A DNA stretch of 64,000 nt. It comes from Paraspadella gotoi. Lineage: Eukaryota > Animalia > Chaetognatha. Below are positions 1-12,556 of this stretch, in pieces. The stretch's first letter is position 1, and each line of letters begins with the position of its first letter. Below the pieces are notes generated by a model. That model was not told the DNA's origin, ran no database searches, and saw only the letters and a list, made by a program, of their open reading frames with translations. The position numbers and the translations under genes were made by a program. The DNA is taken from contig CM119263.1 of the NCBI GenBank assembly GCA_051294375.1, positions 3,986,161-4,050,160 on the forward strand, written 5' to 3'.

Positions 1-76
1 TTCCTGACGCGGAATAAAAAGATTTACACAAGTTTTATTATTGGGATAATAAATTTCTTTTCACGCCGATAGCCAG

Positions 77-323
<247 letters not shown>

Positions 324-854
324 TTTTAAACGAATGCGTTTTCTTCGTTGATGACGAAAAGCGGAAGAATTTTGTGATGACAGAAAAGAAAAGAATCAAA
401 ACAAACAAACATTTGTTGCGGGTGAAAGATGGAGGAAAGGGAGAGGGAAAAAGTGGAGGAAAGGAAAGTGGAGGAAAGGAAAGGAAAGTGGAGGAAAGTA
501 GGAAAAAGGAGAATAAAGAAAGATAAAGAAAGTTAAATCTAGGAAAAATAAGAAATGAAATGTACTAAGAAGAGAAGAGTCAAGTGTAAAAAGAGAAGAA
601 GTAAAAAAAGGAAAGTAAAAGAAAGTTAAAAGTAAATAAAAAATTGAGAAAAGGAAATAGAATTTGACGATGGGAATTCTGTAGTTGGAAGAAACGGAGG
701 AAGCTGCGCGGGTGAGGTTTCTGGGGNNNNNNNNNNNNNNNNNNNNNNNNNGAGGGAAGGTGAGAAACGCGGCGCACCATTAAAACTTGCCTTCAATTTC
801 ACGCCGCCAAGAATTTCGCCGTCAAAAAGCTGCAACAAATACACAGGACGTGTT

Positions 855-924
<70 letters not shown>

Positions 925-985
925 AGTAGATTTGAAACCGCAGGGAGACACAGTGAGGTTGAGATTTTCAAATAAGAAGGGCAAA

Positions 986-2480
986 TTTTTTTTTGCGTGG
1001 TCGTCGTCGTCGTCTTTATCGTCGTCTTCCATTGTCGTCGTCACAATTCTTACGTTTTGAAAATCTCAACTGAGAATGAGGAAAATAAAAAACTGGTAAT
1101 CGAAAAAATCTTGGTTTTTCTGTCCGAAGGTAAAATATAAAGATTAAGTCTTCAAGTTTTTTAACAAAACATTTTCTCATTTTTTTACGCCTTTCGTGGC
1201 ATCCGAATTTCGCCTTGATGCATCGCCTGCAATCTTTCCTTCGTAGTGATTCTCAAGTCAATTAATCTTTCTTCTAATGATTTTCCAAGTCAGTACAATC
1301 TTTACTTCACGTAGTGATTTTTGCAAGACTGTATAATCTATCTGTCAGTAGTTGATATTTTCAAGTCAGTACATCTTTCTTCGTAGTGATTTTCAAAGAC
1401 TGATAAATCTTTTTCCGTTGTGATTTTCAAGTCATTGAGTAAAGTCATGACCACGAGGTACCGGGTACCGGGTACCGGGTTACAGGGTACCGGTAGCTAC
1501 CCTGCGGGAACGTGAGAAACGGCGTAAAACCGCCTTGGGGGCCAGGAAAACCCTCAAAGCCTGGTTCCAAGCCCAGAAACTCGTTCCCATGGCTGCTGAG
1601 GGGGCAATTGAAGTATACAGGTAGTCGTCTTCAGCTCACTTAGCGCCTTATCCACAAAGTTAAATCTTTCTTCGTAAATAGAGACGAAGATCCGTGAAAA
1701 ATCGACAGGATAGAGTAAGTCAAAATAGAAAGAGGAGAGATATAGGTCAAGCATAGAGAAGAAGATTTTTTCATGGTGACCTTCGTGACGTCACTTCACG
1801 ATTCCATAGACGTCGCTCCGGGGTGGAGTAAGGGAAAAAAAAAGAAAACTCCTTATAGTCCCGTGGCCCCTGACCCCCTCTAAATGACCCCCCCTTAAAA
1901 CCCTCCTCTAGACCCCCAGGTGACCTCATGACCCTTCCTGATCCCGAGCGAAGCGAAACGACCGAAGCGCCCTCGCCCAAAACTCATCTTATCATTCAGT
2001 CTCTTTGTCGGTGGGAATAGAGCAATTTTCTCTTTCTTTCTTTTCTTCTTTACTTTTTCTATCTTTCTTTCTTCTATTTCTCTCCCTATTTTTTTTCTCA
2101 GCCGCTCTTTCTTTCTTTCTTTTTTTTTCTTTTTTCTTTTTTCTTTGTTTATTGTTTTTTTTTTCTCCTTCTATTTCTCTCCTTATTTTTTCTCAACCGC
2201 TTTCTTTCTTTCTTTGTTTCTTTCTTTATTTCTTTTTTCTTTTTTTCTTTCTTTCTTTCTTTGCTGTCTTTATTTTCCCCCCTATTCAGCTCTCTTTCTT
2301 TCATTTCCCCTCCTCCTAACTTTTCCTTATCTCTCCCTTTGCCTGATATCGATCTTCATAATTTCTTTTTTTCTTATCAGTTTCTCGATTCTATTTTCTA
2401 TTCTCCTTTCTTTAGTTCCTCTCTCTTTTCTTCTTCCTACAACCCTCTTCTTTTACTTATCTTTCTTCTTCCTACAACCC
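986..2480 (+). repeat. ~1.5-kb direct repeat, copy 1 (copy 2 at ~12557-13990)
   Basis: Colinear near-identity from TTTTTTGCGTGGTCGTCG to CCTACAACCC, differing mostly by small indels. Contains a ~32-bp minisatellite and a SINE. Confidence 0.9.
1433..1657 (+). mobile_element. tRNA-derived SINE (same family as 55147-55376); duplicate at ~12969-13187
   Basis: Interrupts the 32-bp minisatellite. TTGAGTAAAG..TCATGACCAC head and CGGGAA(G)CGTGAG..AAACCCTCAA..CGTTCC(C)ATGGCTGCT..CTTATCCACA body match the reverse complement of 55147-55320. Confidence 0.75.
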
Positions 2481-3849
2481 TGTTCAATATACTTATCTTT
2501 AATATTCGAGGAAATCCAGCTTCTCTACCTTTTCCCCGTTGCTCTTTTGCTCTTATTACTGACATCGAAAAATGCTTCCATTCTAGCGATCGACACGACA
2601 TCTTTAGGCTCTCTCTTTTGTTTCTACTTAAGTACAGAATTCCGAAGGCAGTGTACAGCTGATTCTGATTGGTGCCCGTGATTTCGATAGATTTCGATTA
2701 AGATTCTGATCGAATTCTATCCACGTGGCATCTTCAGATCTCAAAAGTTGTCACTGGGTTTTTAGTTCTTTTCAGAGCATTAGAAACTCTTATCAGATAT
2801 CTCGGAATCTTATTTTTGTGTGATCGCTGGTTTGGTGACTTTTCTATGAGAGAAGCATCTCTATTTTTGCATATTATTGGCTTCAGAAACAAGTAAGAAA
2901 GACACTTTAAATTTATATATATTTGCTGAGTTTGTACTAAATGTTTTGTTATTCTTTGCCCAGGACTTCTAACTCCCTTTTACAGACTTACAACTACAGA
3001 CATTTCGTCAAGTCCTGGGCTTCGTAGATCGTCGTCCTTTCGGCCTTAGCCGACGTCATTTACCGAGACTTTGTCGTCATCATCTCCAGGGCGTCTTGAC
3101 CGGCGCCATCGTCTCTTCTGCGCCATTTTATACCCGATTCCATCTGGTCTTCATGCGCAGAATTAGTCCAGTCAGTTAGAATTCAAAGACGCCACTTCTC
3201 CGAACTTAGTTCAAAACATTAGAAGTCTTCGTTTGCGGAACACCTGCTCAAGTGCTTCGTCGAAGGCTCTCTAATCCTCAACGGAATCTGCGGAGATCGT
3301 TGGAAGAAGATCCACCAGCGTCGGCCTCTAGGTGCCGAATGAATCGACGTTTCCATCATCGGAGGTCCTTGCAACGCCTTCGACGGACGTAAGGATCCGG
3401 CGGCGCCTTCGGGACTGCTTTCATTGCGATTAGGGATCCTCGAACTAGCGACGACGCCGTCGAGCGTATTTTGGAGACGTTGACGGATTTTGCGTCGCCG
3501 CTCCTTCTCGATATTTGCAGTGAGATTGAAGTTCGGATTCGATTCGTTTTATTTCTTCAAACTTCTCGTCTTCGGCTGCAACCGACTTCGTGAAGCTTTC
3601 CTGCGACTTCAACGCCGCCTTCAGTGCCATCAGCGGCGACGAATAGGATCGCGGAGAAATAAGCGCGCCAGCAATCAAATTGCGTCGAGAAGCTCGAGTG
3701 CCGAAAGCCCTCCAGGGAACTCCCCTTTCGGCGTCTTTTGTGGACCTCGCCGTTCGTTTGTAAGACGAGATTCAGCTCGCTCTAGTGCGGCGAATGAGAA
3801 AGATATCGACAACTTCAAGACGACCGACTGATACCCTCTCCCAAACTTA

Positions 3850-6493
3850 GCCATCCGAGATATCGACAACTTCTTCACGGCGGACATGGCTCAACTCCCG
3901 ACGAGCCAATCCCTTCAGGAATGCAACATCTTCCTACGTAACCTCAACGTCGACTCGGTGGTCGAGGCACAAGCGATTCGTACGATCGCGCCAAGGCCGC
4001 CCCGACGGAAGAAAACATCGCGGAAGCCAACGCGGATAGATTCACTCTAAAGGCAATTTGTGAAGTCATCCGTTCCACGATTGCAAGAGGTAGATGGAAT
4101 GACGAGGCATTGGAACTTTTGTCGGAGCTCCTCGATCGCCTCAGCAACATCCTCGGGCATTGCCGCCAGCTCGATTCGCGGGCTAATTCTATGTCGACAC
4201 GTGTTTCATCGGTTGAAAGCATCACGTCGACAGGACGCTCCGTATCCGCCGCAGCACGGATGACGACGATGCAGAAGAATCGGAACTTAACGCCCAACCG
4301 TCCCTTCAGCTGCAAACCATCCCGACGACGACTACGCTGCGTCCATCCCGACCATTATCGTCCCTCCACCGACTCTAGAAGATGACGTCGAATCAAACAA
4401 GTCCGTCATTTTTCCGTTTGACGCCGTTTCGGCGTTGACGGATGATCAGCGCACAGAGAGAAATGCCAACTTCACTCATTCAACTATCGACTCCGCAGCG
4501 AATGCGACTGCACAGCTTCGAGATCTGCCCCTGACGCTACGGCGAAGGGTTTGGAGGGTCCAGAGGCTGCGACTGTCGCTTGCACAGGAACGACGAGAGA
4601 ACAGAGTCTTCAATCAAACATCAATCTTGTCGCCAACGAGAATACAGAAGGTGGCTTGATTATTGATGAAGCGTCTCGCGTCGGCGTCGATGGGAGTGCG
4701 CAGGATTCTTGTACAGATTCGACTCTTCATGGAGCATCGGATATATTGAGAGAGTTGCGTGAATCGACGGAGATCGACGTGTGTACCGCGCTGCCGCCGA
4801 AAACGCAAGTAGGACGAGAATGGAAAGAATGAGAGAAGAAGTGAAGATTTTCAGAGGCCGGTAGAACGAGTTTTTGGCGAAGTCGAGAGAGACCTGTTTC
4901 AACGTCTTACGCCTTCAACGACATCGCGTACGGCCGAGTGGGTCGTGGCTCAATCACTCTCCCCCTGTCATGAGCCCTCTCTCCAACAGCTCGTCAACCG
5001 TCTCAAACTCCACTTCCGCCGTATGATTTGACGATTCCCTGCCATGAATCGCCATCGCGTCTCAACCAAGTCGGCGTCAATGCGTCGACGATTCGTGAAC
5101 ATCATCCGCCGGAACCGGAACATGGAAGCGAGGAGGCGGCGGGCGTTGAACGGAAACCGATGGCGTTCCGCCTGCCGCTGATCCGCCAAATCCGCAGTTT
5201 CGTAACAATGGAGTTTTTTGCGCGACGCGATAAGGGACCTTTTCAAAGAAGGATTGCGTCGTGAGGCGTTGAGAACGAGGGGAGTGAATCCTCCCCTCAG
5301 TTCCGCGCCTTCCCCGCCTGCCGGCGCTCCTGCCGCTGCGGCGATGGTCGCCGAAGCGCCGGCTTTTATAGAAAGAGACGTCACGCCGACTCTTGCGGCT
5401 TCAAACGTCTCTGTCGCCTCAAGGCATCAAACGGCGTCATCCTCTGATGCGGCGCCGTTCGAGGCAGCCTTCGTCCGCTCCGCTGCAATGGCGACGGGTT
5501 TTTTGGAGATTCAAGCTCAAACGCTCGCCTACCAAATGCTTCAGCAGCAGCGCCCAAAGATCAAGGTCGACGAGACTTCGTCGCGTTTAGACTTTGAGCG
5601 TCAACTTCGCGATTTTAACGTCAGCGTCTGCGCGTTGGAGGGCGCTACGGATCCAATGAAGTTGAAGGAGCTCCCCCATTGGTTCGACGGTCTTCCCAAG
5701 CGATCGATTGAACGATTTCTTACGCAATCGGACGCAACCGCGGCTCTTGGCGACGCTCTTACCGTTCTCAGAGAAAATGGGGGATGAAGCGGACGACGGC
5801 GGACGAGATGATGAACAGATCCTCAGCGGCCCTAGGCTCGATCGAAAGGACTCAGCGGGTCATTATGGTCTTCTGGTCACTTTGCAGCAGTGTACGACCT
5901 CGCGAAGGAGACGGACCGACTTGCAGACCTCGACCGGGCGGCCGTGATGGCGGATCTGCTCTCCAAACGGATGCCTCACCTTTCAGATAAGTGGGCGAAA
6001 AAAGTGGTTATTTTAGACAGAATCATAATTGGAACGACGATCTCTCCTTTGTTGATTTCTTGTCATTTTTAGCCATAAACCAAGAGGTTCTCGATTTCAG
6101 ACCGCCGGCGAAAAATGGGAAAGATCCAGCGGCGACGAGCAAAGCGAAGACGGCGGCGAAGGTCTACGCCGCGTCAGCGGACAATTTATCGAGGAAAAAG
6201 AAATCTTCGGTGGCCGCCGCAGCCGTTCCTGCAACAACGGGAGCGCCGACTTCAAAGTCGACGTCGTCGTCAACGCCGGGATCGAAAACTTCTTGCCGTG
6301 TCCACTTTGCGGGAGACGACATTATTTGTACAGCTGTGAAAAATTCCAGAGATCGAAGCCCGCCGATCGCCGCAAATATTGCGTCTCTCAGGCCCGCTGC
6401 TTCAACTGCTGGGAAGCGGTCATCGTGTCGAAAAACTGCCCGAAAAAGGAGCGCTGCTTTTGCGATAGAAATCATCATCCGCTTCTCCATTAG
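3850..6493 (+). pseudogene. BEL/Pao gag (frameshifted)
   Basis: Capsid-like segment ELPHWFDGLPKRSIERF (ORF 5218-5787). The 6293-6493 frame reads CPLCGRRHYLYSC...RCFNC....C....CFCDRNHHPLLH, the triple Cys-His/HHPLLH signature of BEL/Pao Gag. Confidence 0.85.
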
Positions 6494-6699
6494 ACGGATG
6501 AGCCCCGTCGAGAAAGCGGGATTTTCAAAAGTATCTTCACGCAATTCGACAACGACGAGCAGCGGGAAAAATTTTAGTCTGACGCCGCCGCCGGATTAGT
6601 CAGGACCGGCGCCGTGTGAAAGGCTACGTGACTTTGCTGTTTAGCCGCCGAGCGGGGCGCGTTTCCGCAAGCGGCGCCGATCGTGATCGTCGTTCGAGC

Positions 6700-8420
6700 G
6701 ACGACGTTGTTCAGCTTGTATTGTTGGATTATGGGAGATTTTGCGTTTTGAAAAAATATCCGTTTTACAAAGTGATTGAACTGCAGCTTAGTCTCGTTAA
6801 AATATTTTATTCTCGCTCTGAGTCTACACTCCTAGGCCAAAGGTGAAAAATTGAAGATTTCTTCGGTGACGACGCGTTCCATCTGGATATGGAGGATGTC
6901 CCTCGCCGTCGACGTTCTTTCGTTTGTGACGACGCTTCACCTGCGCAAGAAAAGATTTCTCTCTTTTTATTCATCTCGTGGATGCCGAGTTTCGAATTTA
7001 GCCGCGGTAGTAAAGATTCCTTTTCTACAAAGATGACGGGACCGTCGACGATCCAATCGGCCAAGGGGTCGTCGAGCTCCGCGGAAATTCATTTGACAAC
7101 CTGACTTCGTATCGATGTCGACAACGTGCAGCTCAGCCGTGAGTTTCGGCGACATTTCAACGCCGATATTTTCCGGCGCCATCAGCGAAGCGTGTCTTCA
7201 ACGTGCAGGGTGGCTTCGCTGTGGAGCGAATTCGGTCGACGATACGTTTCAACGGGCCAAGGTGACTGGATGCTGTGAAATTTACTTCCATCGAGATGTT
7301 ATCTCTGGATCGCGGCCAAGCCTACAGAGACGACGCCGGAGATGTCTTCTTCTGGATGCCTCCGAGATGCCTGCGGCGTCGTTATGTTAAGTCGCGTCAA
7401 GGTTTAGTCTTTGAGTAAATTTTTTATCCGCGTCGTCGCCTAATTCGTCTTACCGTTCGAGATAAATTCATGTTTTGAATTCGTTATTTTTTCATGGCGA
7501 TTTTCGCTCATCGCCAAAAATATAGTAAATTCGAGTTTAAAAAAAAAATCGCGTTTTTTCTCGTTTTTCAAATATCGAATTATCTAAATTCATGGATCAT
7601 CCTGGTGGACGAATAGAGAAACGTCCTGATGATGCGAATCTGGGCCTCTCTCTCTCTTTTACACGGGAAAATGGTGATATGGAATTGATTCCATGATGCG
7701 GGCTGATCACTCTTTGGATGCCGGGATCGACGTGGCCAAATTAACGAGCGTCTGGTCTCCATGGAAACCAAAGATCATCGGGTTTCATCGCCGAGTTGTT
7801 GCGGTGGCTCCGTCCTCGTCGATGCTCTCCGTTCTCGCCCATTGTTTTCCGTTGTCTCGTGGATGCTGGATCGTAATTGCTGCCTTTCGTTAGCGCGTGT
7901 TATGGATTTTTTTATCCTTCAACGTGATCTGCGGCAAGAAGCATCCCTCGAGTCTCTCGTCGATATCCAATCGACGGCGAATTGCTCTTTCGCTAATTGT
8001 AAATAATATTTCGGTTTCGAGATGGAATTTTTCTCATGTTTATTCGGTCAATCGATAACTACGGATTGAGCTGGAGAGTTTATTTCGCCTCTTCGTGGGT
8101 TGTCTCCTTCGTCGACTGCGGGGGGAAACACGCTTCAACGCTGTCCTCCGAGGCGAAGCATTCGATCATGAGCAATTCCATCGTCTCGGCCTCGGCGCCA
8201 AGAATTATCATCCTTTAACGCCAGACGACGTCATATCCATTTCCGGATCCAGAGGTCGGCCAACTCGTCCTTCTTGTAGACGAAACCAAGTTGACGAGCC
8301 TGTGGAGGCCCGGCGTTTATCAGAAAGGGTGCCTAGCAACGACTCGTACGGGCGGCGCGCGTTCGTGCGGACCGAATGAAAAATTTTCGATCGCGATCGA
8401 TTTTAAAATAATCATCCGTT
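6700..8420 (+). pseudogene. BEL/Pao pol remnants (protease, integrase, C-terminal DUF5641-like tail), heavily deleted/scrambled
   Basis: LVLLDYG (protease LLDSG-like) near 6715. STLSSEAKHSIMSNS..YHPLTP (integrase EAxxIxNSRPL..LTP-like) at 8135-8223. SLWRPG / RVPSNDSYGRRAFVRT (WxxGRVxxxxPxxDGxVR..VRT-like) at 8295-8375. Confidence 0.6.
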
Positions 8421-11400
8421 TGATATTAGTTGGGGAAAGTTAAAATAAATACGAATACCTCACCTCAAAGAACTTACTCTTTGTGCCATATTTTCATTTT
8501 ATTGCTATGCATAACCGAAATTCTTTTACAGAGCTTCGGCCGAAAAATGAAATTCGTTTTTCCCTTATTTTGCTTAGTTTTCGCTTCGGCCGAATTTTCC
8601 CTATAGGGACTGCACCAAACCTGAAATTCTGATTAAATGATTTTTCAGATTTGAATTTTTTGTTTATTTATTTTTACTGTTTAAGACAATGTTTTCTTCA
8701 GAAACTGTTTTGTTTTGGTTAGTACATTATTTTAAAAATTTATTTTATTATTTAAGTGCTGGAAGTAGGGTTTTAAAAATATTTAATTTATTTATTTATT
8801 TTCGATTTTCGTAAGTGCACCCCCTACTCGAAATTTTTTGTTCAGATTTGACAGTAAAATGAAGTTTTCGAATTATTCTCATTTGTCTAATTTTTTATGT
8901 ACGGATTTCACATTTTAAAGTAAGCTCAAAATGGGATTTTGGCGTACAGTCGTAATCGTTTATGCCGATTTTATTCGCGTTTTCGGTTTTTATCTACGTC
9001 ATCTCGGGTCTGTTATTTTCGAAAATTCGCGATTTTTGGAATTTTTATATTAGAAAAAAGAAAAAATATTTTTTATTATTTTTTGCCTCATTTGCATAAC
9101 GGGTTTTCAATACGGACGTCGCGGTATTGTCGCTTCGTTCTTTGTTTTCCTCCCTTTTTTCCAGGTTTTAGTACCGTCCTTGTTCTGTACCGATCATACG
9201 GAGGTTCAAGTGTGACGTGGAAAGAACTTTAAAAATTTCAAAGCTTCAAAATGCAGGCCTCCATCACTAGTCAGGCGTCAGGTAGTACCGGCGCCTGCAA
9301 ATGTTTGTGCTCCGCACCTAGGCCGCCAGGGACAAGCTGCTCCTGTCCAGCAGCCCTCTGGGTCGATTCAGTTGACGGCGGCAAAACGGCAGAGAAATAG
9401 ACGCCGCATGGCTCGACGTTTTCGACGAAATGGGCGTTTCGCACAGCGTCAACTTTACGCGGCGGCCAGTGTCGCCGAGGCGTCTATTTGAAGAAATCTG
9501 AAAGTCATGCCGCCCTATTAGACCTGGATCTCGTCGCGATGGGACGAGATCTGCAAGGAGCATCAGAGGCAATGATTGTGCTGCACCCGGAGGCGGAGAC
9601 GGTGATGACCTCGGTGAAGGTAGCGAAGCGTCAGGGCTGTTTCAGTCCAGCGTGACGCCGCTGTTGAGCTGGAGCGGTCGGAGACTGTGGAGCGTGAAGC
9701 GGCTCAAGCCCTCCCCCCAGTTCGACGTCGGACGTTATGTTCGACTCCAGAAAGGTGGAGAAGAGGTCGAAGCGGCCTTTGAGGCCGCGACGTCAGTTGG
9801 TTGAAGATCGAGGTCGCCGGAGGCGTTCGGTGTGATTCGACGGCTTTTGGAGTCGTCCACCCAGTCGCCGAAGGGTAAGGTCTCCGCCCGGGGTCGGGTG
9901 AAAAGGTCGTGAGGACGGGCGCGACCGGGAGTCCGGCAGCAGTGAGTGAGAGGGCGGTGCGATTCCATCTGCCCGCTTGCTCTCACTGTGTGTCAGTGGG
10001 CAGCCTTGGTGTCCGTGGGGTCCCGGCGGGAGATATTTGAGATTGTTTTATATTTTTTTTTTTTGAAGTTGTTTGCCGGGACGGGTTTAGCATACAGCCC
10101 TATCCTCCCTTCTGGAGATATGGGGGCTAAAATCTTGTTTACAGCACATAGAATCATTGTTAAAGGTTTGGGGTTTACGGAAGCTCCCTCCCTGTTAAAA
10201 CCACTGAGCTATTTAAATATGGGTGGTTAGATGTCACGTGATTTACTTATTTATTTGGCACAGTAAAGTAGGTAATATTACGCGCATTGTGTCAGTCTGA
10301 GTCATTTTCTCAGTCAGGCATCCTAAACAATTATTACATGTGCTTATGATAAGATAAAGTCGCAAAATGTACCTTTGATTATAAATTACCTAGGCTAATT
10401 TTTAATCTACATTTTTCCGCACACTTGTAAATATTATAATTATTTATTTCTTAAGTCTTTATTTCGTGCCTTTTCTATTTACAGAGCTCAACGGATCCGG
10501 CTCGTTGTTCGTCAGTGGGTCAGTGGTTCTCTCTGTGGATTTCATCTGACGACGTTCAACGAAATGGTTTCTATAGTTAGTAGTTCTCTAACTTTGTATT
10601 TTTCGTTTTTTGGTCTGCGTCCGTTCTAAACGGCCAGACAATTTATTTATTTTTTTTTTGTTTTGTCCTGCGTCCGTAACTGCGGCCAGGACTAGTCTGC
10701 GTCCGTTCTATACGGCCAGACATTTTTTATCTTAAACGGGGGCGCAGAAGTTTTTTCAATTTTTTGTGCGACGGCCCGGTCGCAGAGAAGAATAAAGTTT
10801 TTCGTTTTTTGAAACGCTTACAGCGTTTTTAAAGTAAAAATATTTAGAGAATTTTTGATAAATAACCGAACGTTTTTTAAACGGGTTTAATTTTTTAAAT
10901 GATAGGATAATTTTTCATATTATTAATTATTCTTTTTCATTTTTAAATATAAAATAAACTCCGTCGAGCGCGAGTCAACCTTGACTCTTTTTCGGGTATT
11001 TTTTCTCTAATGATAACAGGCCCTCGCGCCTGATAGGACTAGGCCTATTTTTTGCTTTAATACGATGGCGCTCTAAGCCTTTCTCGAAGGCTTTTCTTTT
11101 CTGTGAGCTGAAAAGCTCGTCTTCAAGTTTATTTATCTATTTTTCATTTTGATTAATAGTTATTTTTATTTCTTTATTTCCCGTTTTTCTGGCTTTATTT
11201 AAATTCAGCTGAAAAGTTGGATTCTCCTGTGGCGGGAGTAAAGGGTTGGATCTCGAAATACGGATTCGATTTCCTGTAAAACGTGGCGAAAACGTTATTT
11301 ATTAATCATTTTCTTTCAGTCACGTTCACTCGGATTTCCTATTTTTTCTGCACTTAGCAAATCTTTTTTATGGGAGTGCCCCGTTACAAAGCCGTATTTA

Positions 11401-12556
11401 TTTTTATTTCAATGTTTTGTTCATGTTTATTTGCCTATTTATTTCGAATTTCTGCACCATGTCGACTTGATCGGCATGGGGGCGCCTTTGTGGACGGAGT
11501 TCCTCTTTGCTTTGCTCGGCTTTGACGTCCGTCTCGGTCAGCAAAGTATCGGTGGAAGGGTGTTTTTTCATGGGCCGGCGGTGAGGTTCGTGGGAGGCTT
11601 GTCCGTGCAGCGGCAAGTCGGCCCGTACCAGCCTCTCTCGTTTGACCAATGTGTTTACTTTGACCTTATTTCAAATCTCAATATTTTTTGCCTTTTTAAC
11701 GTTTTTGGAAAAATTTTACATTTTTATTTCGTTATCGTTGCGTCAGGATTTCGCGATGTTACGGCGGATAACGTTATATTTCGTCATATTTCGTTACGCC
11801 CCCGTAATATTGCGTTATGTTGACTCATCGATATTTCCCCACGCGGCCATCGAGCGATCTCGATGCATCGTCGATGGCAGTCGTAAATTTACATGACATT
11901 GTTTTCGTGTTTATGCTCGTTTACATCCGGCTTCGGCGACGATGAACATGACTTCCGGTTCGTAGTGGACGCTCGGATCGTGACGACGATTACGGGCTGA
12001 GGCTACGAATTTCGAATGTTGCGTTGGTCGTGCTGGAACTTGTGTGGCGGACATTTCAGAAAATAATTATTGTATTCTTACGTTTTTTCTTAATATTTTT
12101 TAGTTTAAATAAATATTTATTTTTAGAGTAATATCGTTATTTGTATGTTTGGTTTCGGTAGGTTAACCTCGACTTTCAATCGATCGTACGGCCTCGATTA
12201 TCTCCGGATTAAGTGTTATTTACCATCATGCCTTTATCCTCAGATCTTCGCGACTTTACGATCGAGAGAAATTTGAGATTTTCCCCGTTTCCCCAAACAT
12301 TACAAATTAACTACGCGTAGTTCTTTTCTTGTATTTTTTGGGACTTAGCGGTTTTTTTGCTAAATTTTTTTCGAAAAATTTTTTCTTTTTGTACGAACAG
12401 GTTCGTTCCTCTCCGTTCGTGCGGGGGGTACGGCCAATTTTTCGTAATGAAAATTTAGTATTTTTTAGAAAAATATGGTTTTTAAAGATACTTTGTTCGT
12501 TTTTTAAGAAAATTGGATATTTTTCGTTTTTTAGTGAATAAGTCCTTAACCCACTA

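Larger units (their letters stand above)
2481..12299 (+). mobile_element. Degenerate BEL/Pao LTR retrotransposon (boundaries approximate)
   Basis: Starts TGTT where the host minisatellite is interrupted. Gag and pol remnants lie in order. Weak colinear similarity between 2481-3142 and ~11755-12299 (ends AAACA) suggests two degraded LTRs. Possible garbled tRNA-Tyr PBS TGGTCTTC at 3145. Confidence 0.6.

Noticed and set aside
986-2480. 1.5-kb direct repeats as the LTRs of the BEL element
   Set aside because: No TG..CA ends with TSD, no PPT before copy 2, and copy 2 continues seamlessly into the host minisatellite.
9720-9790. FDVGRYVRLQK as a Polinton/integrase C-terminal motif
   Set aside because: Too short, and no accompanying integrase core in frame.
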